Position numbers and translations under genes: made by a program. 64,000 nt of DNA from SAR202 cluster bacterium. Its GTDB lineage: Bacteria; Chloroflexota; Dehalococcoidia; Lucifugimonadales; UBA3495. Under the pieces are notes generated by a model that was not told the origin of the DNA, made no database searches, and worked only from the letters and a program-made list of their open reading frames with translations. Positions 34,155 through 43,117 of this stretch are shown piece by piece (positions within the stretch are counted from its first letter, which is position 1; each line of letters starts with the position of its first letter). The DNA lies in assembly GCA_013204585.1 (NCBI GenBank), contig JABMNL010000028.1, positions 29,669 to 93,668 on the forward strand, read 5' to 3'.

Positions 34155-35021
34155 ATGCGACTAGGAGCAATCTTCCCCCAAACCGAGATCGGCGCAGACC
34201 CCGCCGCCGTTAAGGACTTCGCCCAAGCCGCCGAGGACCTGGGCTACGACCACTTATTGGTCTTCGACCACGTCTTGGGCGCAGACGCCAGCAAACGGGA
34301 AAAATGGGAACGACCTTACAGCAGCGTCGACACGTTCCACGAGCCTTTCGTCATGTTCGGCTACCTGGGTGCCGTGACCGAGAAGCTAGAGTTCACCACC
34401 GGTGTGCTGATTCTTGGACAACGCCAGACCGCACTGGTGGCCAAGCAGGCGGCCGAGGTCGACATACTAACCGGTGGCCGCCTACGTCTGGGCATCGGCA
34501 TCGGCTGGAACGATGTTGAGTACGAGGCTTTGGGCCAGAGCTTCACTAACCGGGGCCGCCGCAGCGAAGAACAGATAGAACTGCTCCGACTGCTCTGGAC
34601 GCAAGAAGTGGTGGACTTCCACGGCAAGTACCACAACATCACCAATGCGGGCATTAACCCTCTGCCGGTACAGCGACCAATACCCATCTGGCTGGGTGGC
34701 GGAGATGACCGGGTAATCGAGCGAATCGGCAAGATAGCCGACGGCTGGTTCCCCCAGTTCCAGCCCGATAGCGCCGGACAAGAACGCCTCCACCAGATGC
34801 GGGAACACGCAGTGAAAGCAGGCCGCGACCCCAAGGCCATCGGAATTGAAGGCCGTATCTCCTATGCTGCCGACAAACAAGAAGACTGGGAGAAAATGGC
34901 CGCCGCCTGGGACGAAGTAGACGCCACGCACCTGTCCATCAACACCATGAAAGCCGGACTCAAAGGCCCAGACCAACACATTGAGGCCATCAAACGCTTC
35001 AAGGAAACCGTCTCGGACTAG
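34155..35021 (+). CDS. LLM-class F420-dependent oxidoreductase
   Basis: Start at ATG 34155 (GGAGGG RBS). Motifs MRLGAIFPQTEIG, YDHLLVFDHV and RLGIGIGW. Confidence 0.8.
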   Translation: MRLGAIFPQTEIGADPAAVKDFAQAAEDLGYDHLLVFDHVLGADASKREKWERPYSSVDTFHEPFVMFGYLGAVTEKLEFTTGVLILGQRQTALVAKQAAEVDILTGGRLRLGIGIGWNDVEYEALGQSFTNRGRRSEEQIELLRLLWTQEVVDFHGKYHNITNAGINPLPVQRPIPIWLGGGDDRVIERIGKIADGWFPQFQPDSAGQERLHQMREHAVKAGRDPKAIGIEGRISYAADKQEDWEKMAAAWDEVDATHLSINTMKAGLKGPDQHIEAIKRFKETVSD

Positions 35022-35060
35022 ACCTTAATATCCGCGAACCAGTCCCTTCCCCCGCGTCGA

Positions 35061-35122
35061 GGAGAAGGTTAGGTTCCCCGATGCATCGGGGAGACTCTCT
35101 ACGAAGTCGGAGATGGGGGCAT
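35061..35122. repeat. Dispersed ~60-nt repeat with central palindrome CCCCGATGCATCGGGG (copy B, inverted relative to copy A)
   Basis: Reverse complement aligns to 7418..7478. Confidence 0.7.
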
Positions 35123-35134
35123 CCCAAAGCGTGG

Positions 35135-35407
35135 TTCGACAAGCTCACCATGAGCGGATTTGGGCTGCCACATTGCTATACAAATAGAAAGTTGATTTAC
35201 GCAAGTAGGGGCGTCCCGATGAATCGGGACACCCCTACGTTTTTGCCTAGTGCTTTTTCTGGATAGGCCAATCTACCCACCCGCTCGACCTGCGGGTCGA
35301 AGCTCTCCATGAGCGGTCTGGGTGGGAGTGCAGGTCCATCTGGCAAAATGAAATTTGGCTTACGCAAAGAAGGGCGTCCCGATGAATCGGGACACCCTTA
35401 CGTTTTT
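35135..35407. repeat. Two direct copies (~110 nt each, period ~161 nt) of a composite intergenic element
   Basis: Each copy is the motif TTCGA(C)ARGCTCWCCATGAGCGG, about 45 nt, then the hairpin GGGCGTCCCGATGAATCGGGACACCC followed by ACGTTTTT. Copies lie at 35135-35245 and 35296-35407. Confidence 0.75.
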
Positions 35408-35489
35408 ACGGCATTAATCCTAGTTTCTAACCGTTCGTCCTGAGCCCCGTCGAAGGGTGTGCAGCAGTCACGTTCTGACCTGGAAAGCG

Positions 35490-36686
35490 CTAGTCCTTAA
35501 ACAAGGCCTTCACTCGGTCTAGTATCCGGTTGCTAACATCGTACTTGGTTAGTAGGGGTAGTTCTTCTACGGCCAGGTCGCGGTCGATGAGGGTGACTTT
35601 GTTAGTGTCTGAGCCAAAGCCACTGCCCTCGGCGGTGATGTCGTTGGCCACAATTAAATCCAGTTTTTTACTGGTGACCTTGGACTTGGCGTTCTCCACC
35701 AGGTTTTCGCTCTCGGCGGCGAACCCCACTCGCACGAAATTACCCTTGGCAGTTTTGAGTATGTCCTCGGTCTTAGCCAGGGAAATATTCAACTCGTCGT
35801 CATTCTTCTTAATCTTCTGCCCCGCCTCAACAGCCGGTTTGTAATCAGCCACGGCGGCGGCCATCACCAATGCATCGGCTTTTGTGGCGTGTTCTTGAAC
35901 AGCTTTGCCCATCTGTTCGGCGGTGCGCACGTGGACCACTTTCACCAACGCAGGATCGGCCAAATTTGTGGGCGCTGTCACCAGCACGACATTGGCGCCC
36001 CGGTCTCGGGCAGCTTCAGCCAATGCGTAGCCCATTTTGCCCGATGAGTGATTGGTGATTACCCGCACCGGGTCGATGGGTTCCATGGTTCCGCCAGCAC
36101 TGACCACGACAGTGCGCCCGGCGAAGTCGCCGTCTTTGCCCATGGCATACGAAATGTAGCCCAGCAACTCCGGGGTTTCCAGCAACCGGCCCACGCCGCT
36201 CAAGCCAGAGGCCAGCCGGCCAATGCCGGGACCGGCGATGACCACGCCCCGTTCTTTTAGCGTGGCAATATTGGCCTGGGTGGCCGGATGGTCGTACATG
36301 TTGCCGTCCATGGCCGGAGCGACGACCAACGGGGCCGTGGCAGCGATAATCGTGGTGGTCAGCGGGTCGTCGGCCAGGCCAAGGGCCAGCTTGGCGATGC
36401 AATGCACGGTGGCCGGGGCCACCACAATAACGTCGGCCTGTTGGGCCAAAGCCACATGCTCGACGCTGTATTCGGAGTCGGGGTCAAAGGAGTCGGTCAC
36501 CACCGCACGGTGGGTGATGCTGCGAAAGGCCAAGGGCGTTACGAACTGGGTGGCACCATAGCTCATGATGGTATCCACCAAGGCCCCAGCCTGCACCAGC
36601 TTGCTGGCCAGGTCGAGCGCCTTGTAACAGGCAATACTCCCGGTGACGCCCAGGACTACGTGTTTATTCGCTAGCGGTCCGGCCAC
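35490..36686 (-). CDS. coaBC: Bifunctional phosphopantothenoylcysteine decarboxylase / phosphopantothenate-cysteine ligase
   Basis: 398-aa ORF. It has an N-terminal flavoprotein domain (VVLGVTGSIACYKALDL) and a C-terminal DFP ligase domain (VTAGGTxEPIDPVRxITNxSSGKMG). Confidence 0.9.
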   Translation of the reverse strand: MAGPLANKHVVLGVTGSIACYKALDLASKLVQAGALVDTIMSYGATQFVTPLAFRSITHRAVVTDSFDPDSEYSVEHVALAQQADVIVVAPATVHCIAKLALGLADDPLTTTIIAATAPLVVAPAMDGNMYDHPATQANIATLKERGVVIAGPGIGRLASGLSGVGRLLETPELLGYISYAMGKDGDFAGRTVVVSAGGTMEPIDPVRVITNHSSGKMGYALAEAARDRGANVVLVTAPTNLADPALVKVVHVRTAEQMGKAVQEHATKADALVMAAAVADYKPAVEAGQKIKKNDDELNISLAKTEDILKTAKGNFVRVGFAAESENLVENAKSKVTSKKLDLIVANDITAEGSGFGSDTNKVTLIDRDLAVEELPLLTKYDVSNRILDRVKALFKD

Positions 36687-37491
36687 GAGTCTCTTCCAAT
36701 TGGGCGGCTTTGGTTAAAGGCCCTTTGCCCTTGTTCATGTTGTAGATTAGGCGCAGACCAATCAACGTCAGGTCTTGGTTGATGGCGTCAAATACATCGG
36801 ATTCTTTGGAGATGATGTTCGCTAGTCCGCCGGTGCCAATTACCTTGGCATCTTGGCCCAACTCGCTCTTAAACCGGCCCACCAACCCAGTGACCAAGTC
36901 GGCATAACCCAACACCAAGCCTGCCTGTAGTGCGGCCGAGGTATTCTGGCCGATGGCCGACTTGGGCGCTACCAGTTCGACCCGGCGCAGTTGGGATGTA
37001 TTCAGGAACAGGGCTTCGGCAGCCACGTTAATGCCAGGAGCAATGGCCCCACCAAGGTAGACCCCATCTCTGGAGACGGCGTCGAACACTGTCGCGGTGC
37101 CGAAGTCGACGATAATTGTTGGCTGGCCATACAGTTCTATCGCCGCCACAGCGTCCACAATTCGGTCGGCACCGACATCCCGGGGGTTGTCGTAACTAAT
37201 CTGCAACCCAGTCCGCACGCCGGCAGTAACAGTTAAGGGCTTAACCTTGAAATAGGTTTCGCAAAGCTCTTCAAAAACCCCGGTCAGGGGCGGGACGACG
37301 CTGCACATGCACACGCCAGTAATCCTTGAAGCCTCAACTCCGTTCAAAGCCAGTAGGTCTCGCAGTGTGAGGCCGTACTCGTCGGCGGACCGGCGGGCAT
37401 CGGTCGAAACACGCAGGTTGGCCACCAGGTTCTCGTCCTCGAAAACGCCCAGGTTAATCATGCTATTGCCGACGTCTACCGCTAGAAGCAT
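36664..37491 (-). CDS. coaX: Type III pantothenate kinase
   Basis: 275-aa ORF. Motifs MLLAVDVGNS, IIVDFGTATVFD and VIGTGGLA. It overlaps the coaBC start. Confidence 0.9.
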   Translation of the reverse strand: MLLAVDVGNSMINLGVFEDENLVANLRVSTDARRSADEYGLTLRDLLALNGVEASRITGVCMCSVVPPLTGVFEELCETYFKVKPLTVTAGVRTGLQISYDNPRDVGADRIVDAVAAIELYGQPTIIVDFGTATVFDAVSRDGVYLGGAIAPGINVAAEALFLNTSQLRRVELVAPKSAIGQNTSAALQAGLVLGYADLVTGLVGRFKSELGQDAKVIGTGGLANIISKESDVFDAINQDLTLIGLRLIYNMNKGKGPLTKAAQLEETRGRTASE

Positions 37492-37734
37492 GTTCTGAAA
37501 CTTACCAAAATCTTAGTAATCTCCTGTGTTCGCAATTATACGGTACCCCTGCGAAAGGGGGCAATGTAAGGCACTGGAACCACCAACCCCAGCAGTACCG
37601 TCCGATTAGGGCCGAAGGTCTCGTCTACAGACTGCGTTCGGCCCTATTGGTGTTCCAATCACTCCGTTAAATTAGACAAAGTGGGCGTTCCTAGGTTCGC
37701 ACTACTGTCACGAATCGCGGGTAAGGAGGCCAAT

Positions 37735-38136
37735 ATGTCTAAGCAAAACAAGGAAATTGTTTGCCGTTTCCTAACAGAACTCCAAGTCAACAAAAACCTG
37801 GCTGTAATCGACGAGTTGGTTGCCGATAATTTCGTTGGTCGCACCGCCGACATACATGGACCCGCAGAACTAAAAAAGGTGGTCGGCGACAATATGTCTG
37901 CCTTCCCTGGTATGACGATAACCATTGAAGACCAAGCCGCCGAAGATGACCTGGTCTTCACCAGATACACCGCCAATGGACTCCATGAAGGCGTCTACCG
38001 TGGTGTTCTGCCCACCGGGCAGCCGGTTACCTACACCGTGGTTACCATTCACCGCCTAGCCAATGGCAAAATCATGGAGGGTTGGCGAGTGGTCGACCGG
38101 CTAGACATCGTTCATCAAATTGGCGCCGTTTCATAG
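37735..38136 (+). CDS. SnoaL-like / ester cyclase family protein
   Basis: Start at ATG 37735 (AAGGAGG RBS). NKEIVCRFLTELQVNKNLAVIDELVADNFV... is typical of the NTF2-like ester cyclase family. Confidence 0.7.
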   Translation: MSKQNKEIVCRFLTELQVNKNLAVIDELVADNFVGRTADIHGPAELKKVVGDNMSAFPGMTITIEDQAAEDDLVFTRYTANGLHEGVYRGVLPTGQPVTYTVVTIHRLANGKIMEGWRVVDRLDIVHQIGAVS

Positions 38137-38193
38137 TTGAGTTCAAGGCGGCAGCACACGTATCCCTTATCACATATCGGTGGAGGCTAGCCC

Positions 38194-38475
38194 ATGCTGA
38201 AAGGAATTGAAAAGACTTCTACTAAACTTCCTACTAAACTTCCCGGCAAACTCCTTGGCAAAAAGGCATCTACCCACAAGGCATTGCTTAAACTATCCGG
38301 CGACGACTTCCTCCGCAATGAAGACGGATTTTGGGTGGCGACCAAAGATATTTTCATTACGGGAGCAACCGAAAATCAACTGTTAATTAAGGCGGGTAGG
38401 GAGTTCAAGAAAGGCAATCTCGCCATCGTCGGCTTGGATTTAGCGGCGGTTCTTGAAAAGCATTGTCCGCAGTAA
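38194..38475 (+). CDS. Hypothetical small protein
   Basis: 93-aa ORF with an N-terminal Lys-rich repeat (TKLPTKLPGKLLGK) encoded by a short tandem DNA repeat. No family recognised. Confidence 0.35.
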   Translation: MLKGIEKTSTKLPTKLPGKLLGKKASTHKALLKLSGDDFLRNEDGFWVATKDIFITGATENQLLIKAGREFKKGNLAIVGLDLAAVLEKHCPQ

Positions 38476-38549
38476 CCCATACTTCAAGACTGGTAGAATT
38501 GTCCCCAGACGTACCCGACGCACAGAAGCTTCGTTAAGGCGCATCGACC

Positions 38550-39503
38550 ATGAACGAGTCCATTGTCCACACGGACCACCTAACCAAGTTTTATGGCAAA
38601 CATCTCGCCTTGTCCGAACTCAGCCTCGACGTGCGACAGGGTGAGGTATTCGCGTTCCTAGGCCCAAACGGGGCGGGCAAAACGACCACCATCCGAATTT
38701 TATTGGATTTCATCCGCCCAACCCAGGGCGGGGCCAAGGTATTCGGGTTGGACAGTCATACCCACAGCCGAGAAATCCGTCGCCGGATTGGTTACCTCCC
38801 CGGCAACCTGGAAATGTACGAAGGCCTCACTGGGCGGGAGTTGCTTGCCTATCTGGCCAACTTGCAGGGTGGAATAGACTGGCAATCCGTCTTGGATTTA
38901 TCCGCCCGCCTCGCCATCGACTTGGACCGCAAAATTAAGACTCTTTCCCAAGGCAACAAACAAAAAGTCGGCCTGGCACAGGCCCTCATGGGCCAACCGG
39001 AATTGCTGATTTTGGACGAACCCACCGCAGGTCTGGACCCGCTGGTGCGTCAGGAGTTTTACCAAATGGTCCGCGAGGCTACCGCCCGCGGCCAGACCGT
39101 TTTTCTCTCGTCCCACATCCTGGCGGAAGTCGAACGTATCGCAGACCGCGTGGCCATGATTCGTAGTGGACGACTGGTCTTGGTCGATGAGGTGACAGCC
39201 CTAAAAGCCAAAGCGCCACGGCGGCTTGAATTGACCTTCGCCCACACAGCTCCCCAGGACGGGTTTCGCGACCTACCTGGAGTGCTGAACCTCAAAATTG
39301 AAGACAACATTCTGCATTGCACCGTAGAAGGGTCGGTGGACCGGTTTTTGAAGGCGGCGTCCAAATTTGAAGTAACCAACATAATCAGCCACGAACCCGA
39401 CCTGGAAGAGATTTTCTTGGACTACTACCGCGAAGTAAGTCCAGAGGAAAGCCCCAACGGAATTCCCGAAGGGGCCACAGAAGGAGCCACAAGTGCTTCG
39501 TAA
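38550..39503 (+). CDS. ABC transporter ATP-binding protein (ABC-2 exporter type)
   Basis: Walker A GPNGAGKTTT, signature LSQGNKQKV, Walker B LLILDEPTAGLD. Confidence 0.9.
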   Translation: MNESIVHTDHLTKFYGKHLALSELSLDVRQGEVFAFLGPNGAGKTTTIRILLDFIRPTQGGAKVFGLDSHTHSREIRRRIGYLPGNLEMYEGLTGRELLAYLANLQGGIDWQSVLDLSARLAIDLDRKIKTLSQGNKQKVGLAQALMGQPELLILDEPTAGLDPLVRQEFYQMVREATARGQTVFLSSHILAEVERIADRVAMIRSGRLVLVDEVTALKAKAPRRLELTFAHTAPQDGFRDLPGVLNLKIEDNILHCTVEGSVDRFLKAASKFEVTNIISHEPDLEEIFLDYYREVSPEESPNGIPEGATEGATSAS

Positions 39504-40293
39504 CGTGTTTCTTAAGACCCTACGTGACCAACGAAACTCCCTGATGTGGTGGGTGGCTGGGATTGCTGCGTTGGCCATTTTCACCATGCTCTTCTACCCC
39601 AGCATCGCCGACTCTACGGAATTCGACCAAATGCTGGAAGACTTGCCCGAGGCATTATCCCGAGCGATGCTGGGCGATGTCACCAGTCTCACATCGCCGG
39701 AAGGGTATCTAAACAGTCAGCTCTTCGTGTTCATGATTCCCATGCTGTTCTTAGTCTTTACCGTAAACCGGGGCAGTGGGGCCATTGCTGCGGAGGAAGA
39801 ACGCGGCACGCTGGAACTGCTGCTGTCGTATCCCCTGCGACGGTGGCGGTTGGTCGCAGATAAGTTCCTAGCCATGTGCGTGGCCACCCTGGTAATTACG
39901 ATTGCCACCTGGCTTTCATTGCTCGGGGGAGCGGTGATAGTAGACATGGAGATTGGGGCGGGGAGACTCGCCGAGGCGACGCTCAGCGCGGCGATGCTTG
40001 GCCTGGTTTTCGGCGCATTCTCCCTGGCCTTGGGCAGCGCCACGGGCAAACGGACGTTGAGCGTCGGCATTACTGCTGGCTTGGCGGTGGCGGCGTATCT
40101 GCTTAACGCATTTGCTCCGCTGGCCGACTGGCTTGAGCCCGCTAGGTGGTTTTCGCCGTTCTACTATTACAGTGGCGGCGACCCGCTCAGCAACGGGTTA
40201 GACTTGGTGCATGTGGGAGTGATGGCTGGACTGGTTGCGGCGTTTGTCGTTGTGGCAATGCTTACATTTGAACGCCGGGACGTTGGCGTCTAA
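39493..40293 (+). CDS. ABC-2 family transporter permease
   Basis: 266-aa polytopic ORF overlapping the ATPase stop. N-terminus MLRNVFLKTLRDQRNSLMWW is typical of ABC-2 permeases. Confidence 0.75.
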   Translation: MLRNVFLKTLRDQRNSLMWWVAGIAALAIFTMLFYPSIADSTEFDQMLEDLPEALSRAMLGDVTSLTSPEGYLNSQLFVFMIPMLFLVFTVNRGSGAIAAEEERGTLELLLSYPLRRWRLVADKFLAMCVATLVITIATWLSLLGGAVIVDMEIGAGRLAEATLSAAMLGLVFGAFSLALGSATGKRTLSVGITAGLAVAAYLLNAFAPLADWLEPARWFSPFYYYSGGDPLSNGLDLVHVGVMAGLVAAFVVVAMLTFERRDVGV

Positions 40294-40330
40294 TTTAGGT
40301 GAACGCCGGGACGTTGGCGTCTAATTTAGG
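40269..40330. repeat. Perfect 31-bp tandem duplication spanning the permease stop codon
   Basis: TGAACGCCGGGACGTTGGCGTCTAATTTAGG occurs twice back to back. Confidence 0.9.
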
Positions 40331-40345
40331 ACCTCTCCACAAAGC

Positions 40346-41290
40346 CTAGAGACCGGCAGACATCCCTCCGTGACGTTCAGCAAGGATGCGGCTGTAGTCT
40401 TCTCTGCGCCAGCGATAGGGCATGGTGCGTATTTCTCCCGGCTCACGGCACGAACTGAGCATGGTGAGCGCGTCTTCCAACACAACCCGTTGTTGGTCCG
40501 GGTTCCCTGGCGCTCCAAATGGGCGACCAAAGGGAAACCGCAGCACCAGCCCACGAGGAACAGACATGGTCTCAGCCTTGGTGCGGTCCACCATGACCAC
40601 CACCGTGGGGATACCAGCCGATTCTATGGCCCGTGCTATCAGTCCGCCGGACTGATGACAGAGGGGTCAAGTTGTGCCAATGACCACTCCATCCACACCG
40701 TCTTCCTTCAGCCGTCCGGCCACCTCCGGCCCCGTTACTTCCATCAACTTCGACGGATCGGGTATATAGCCCATAAAGCTGTACGTCGGCGTCTGAGCCT
40801 CTCCCACCATGCCCTCGGCCACCATGTCCTGCAGGCGGTGGATGGCTAAGACCGCGTCCACGTCTCCGGCAACTCCGTTGGTGTCATAGTGGGTGTGGGC
40901 CACCCGCAACTGGTCTAAAGGAGTGTCCAAAGGAATCTCACGGTAGCTCCAGTCGCCATCAGTGTTAAATGGCTCCTGACCCTCAACGTAGACGCCGCCG
41001 GTGGACATGACCGCAATTTTGGACTCGGACAATCTTTTCTTGAATGGTGCCCAAGGGGCTTCGTCGAAACCCATGGGTAGGGCCAGACGCGCCGACAGTT
41101 TGTCTTCTTGCTCCTCTAGGAACTGGTCAACTAAAGGCCAGTTTCCAGACTCTCGCGCCTCTGCGCTCACATGAAACAGGCGATTGAAAAACTGGGTAAC
41201 CTCTTCGTCCTGCATCCTGCTTAGGTACTTCAACCGGGAGAAGGGTGTTGTCTCCGGGTTTTTAATCAGGTCTGCTTTTTCGATTGCCAT
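40346..41290 (-). CDS. GrdB/PrdB-superfamily reductase-like selenoprotein (in-frame TGA = Sec, UxxC motif)
   Basis: ORFs 40667..41290 and 40346..40603 are in the same frame, separated only by TGA at 40669..40667. The read-through sequence is ...VVIGTT-U-PLCHQSGGLIARAIESAGIPTVVV...RFPFGRPFGAPGNPD. A SECIS-like hairpin starts 10 nt after the TGA. Confidence 0.65.
40638..40656 (-). promoter_or_regulatory. Candidate bacterial SECIS hairpin
   Basis: The mRNA reads UGA-CCCCUCUGUC-AUCAGUCC-GGC-GGACUGAU. It has a perfect 8-bp stem with G-rich apical loop, and the loop lies 18 nt from the UGA. Confidence 0.55.
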
Positions 41291-41550
41291 GTTCCATCCC
41301 CCTTTAGTAACGACTGGGCGTTAGCGAGTTTGATGTGCCACCCAGCCGGAAAGATGCATTACACTAAGCGCAGTGTCAAGGATACAAAAAATCGATTCTT
41401 CAGGTCTGCCGGTGGATTCAACTTTAGAGTATAATCAGCGCGGAGCGTGGCCACGGCGTAATTTCACGCCCGCACCACTCTCGCGTATCGCCGGCATCGA
41501 ATTACGATCTTCCATCAACTAAACCGGCAACTAAACAGGAACTAGGTTGA

Positions 41551-42324
41551 ATGAGTAAATTTATTGACCGTCTGGACGAGATAATTGAAGGTGCCCCAGC
41601 CAGCATGGGCTTTGGGCCAGCTAGGTCCGAGAAGCCCCCAGGGCTGGCGCTGATAGTCCAGGTTTCCAGCAGCCATAAAACAGGTACTGCCACCGCCACC
41701 GGAGTTTCCCCCGACGGAATCATCATCTCTGGGGTAAAAAGCCCTGCCGAAGTCACCGCGTTGAAAGACTCCCTCTCCGACTCGATATGGGGAGTCCGGA
41801 CCGATTCCCTTAGCTCCGAGGATGCCAAGGCTTATCTGGAGGACGGCTGCGATTTGTTGGCGTTCCAGCTTAAAGGCACCTCTATTGGGGCAGTATCGTC
41901 CGAGGACTCCACCAGGGTTTTGTGCATTGACTCCAACTCCGACGTTGAAGACCTCAGGGACATCAACGCCCTTCCCGTGGATGCCGTGTTATTTCCCCTC
42001 AGTGGGGCATCATCATCTTGGACGCTGGACGACCTGGCCAAGGTAGCCCGTATCCGCGGACGCCTGGGCAAGTATCTCCTGGCCGAAATTTCTGAATCGC
42101 CCAACGCCGACGAATTAAAGGTATTGCGCACCGCCGGTATTAACGGGTTGGTGCTGGACGTTTCCGCTGGCAAGGAAGCCCTGGAATCGCTGAAGAAATT
42201 GCTCATGGACATGCCCAAGCCCGGACCAAAACGTGCTGGCAAGTCCACCGCCATCCTACCCGGCGCTTCCTTCTCCCCCCAAAGCGAGGAACCGGCGGAA
42301 GAGCCCGACGAGGACGACGAGTAA
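41551..42324 (+). CDS. Hypothetical protein with acidic C-terminal tail
   Basis: 257-aa ORF, no family recognised, upstream of and co-directional with the M50 peptidase gene. Confidence 0.4.
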   Translation: MSKFIDRLDEIIEGAPASMGFGPARSEKPPGLALIVQVSSSHKTGTATATGVSPDGIIISGVKSPAEVTALKDSLSDSIWGVRTDSLSSEDAKAYLEDGCDLLAFQLKGTSIGAVSSEDSTRVLCIDSNSDVEDLRDINALPVDAVLFPLSGASSSWTLDDLAKVARIRGRLGKYLLAEISESPNADELKVLRTAGINGLVLDVSAGKEALESLKKLLMDMPKPGPKRAGKSTAILPGASFSPQSEEPAEEPDEDDE

Positions 42325-42348
42325 CCGGGCTTCCGGTCTGGCTACCCC

Positions 42349-43050
42349 ATGCTACTCGGTTCTTACCAACTAATTCAGGACGACCTTTCCGGCTTTGTCC
42401 GGTTGACGGTGTTGATTGCGTTCGCCCTAGTCACCGCCGTAACCGTCCACGAATTTAGCCACGCCTTGGTGGCCAACGGACTGGGCGACACCACCGCCCG
42501 CCGCTTGGGCCGCCTGAGCATCAACCCACTGCGCCATTTAGACACCGGCGGCACCATCATGATGCTTATTGCTGGGTTTGGCTGGGGCAAACCGGTGCCA
42601 GTAGACCCTCGTCAGCTTTCCCACGGGCACACCGACATGGCCTTGGTGGCGGCCGCCGGACCCTTGTCCAACTTGATTACCGCCTTTCTGCTGGCCATCC
42701 CTTTCAAGGTTGGATTGTTGATTCCCACTGGCTTATCTTTGGACCGGGTCGCCCATGTGATGACCGGAGGCCTCAGCGAGGGCATCGGCGACATTCTTGC
42801 CTTGGTCATCTTCTTCAATCTGCTATTGGGCGTGTTTAACCTGCTGCCATTGGCCCCATTAGACGGCTCCCGGGTCTTTGCGGGTTTTATCCCCAAGGAA
42901 CACGCAGCCGCGTACAACAAGCTCCAGCGCAGCGGCCCAGGTCTGCTGGTGGCGATTATCATGCTGGACTATGCCCTGGGCTTCGGCATACTTTGGAGCA
43001 TAATCGGCCCGGTAGTGCGGGTTCTCACCACTGCGGCCACCGGCTACTAA
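42349..43050 (+). CDS. Site-2 protease family (M50) zinc metallopeptidase
   Basis: HEFSHAL zinc motif in a TM helix and NLLPLAPLDGSRV second motif. Polytopic, 233 aa. Confidence 0.85.
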   Translation: MLLGSYQLIQDDLSGFVRLTVLIAFALVTAVTVHEFSHALVANGLGDTTARRLGRLSINPLRHLDTGGTIMMLIAGFGWGKPVPVDPRQLSHGHTDMALVAAAGPLSNLITAFLLAIPFKVGLLIPTGLSLDRVAHVMTGGLSEGIGDILALVIFFNLLLGVFNLLPLAPLDGSRVFAGFIPKEHAAAYNKLQRSGPGLLVAIIMLDYALGFGILWSIIGPVVRVLTTAATGY

Positions 43051-43117
43051 AACCGCCCTTACAGGCTAGGCGTGTTAAACTAAATTTCGCCCATCCCAGC
43101 CTGGGAGACCTCTATTT

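Noticed and set aside
38194-40293. Small ORF plus ABC-2 ATPase and permease as a bacteriocin or lantibiotic immunity/export cassette
   Set aside because: There is no precursor-peptide-like sequence (no leader or Cys/Ser/Thr-rich core), and no modification enzyme or regulator is adjacent. ABC-2 pairs are common housekeeping exporters.
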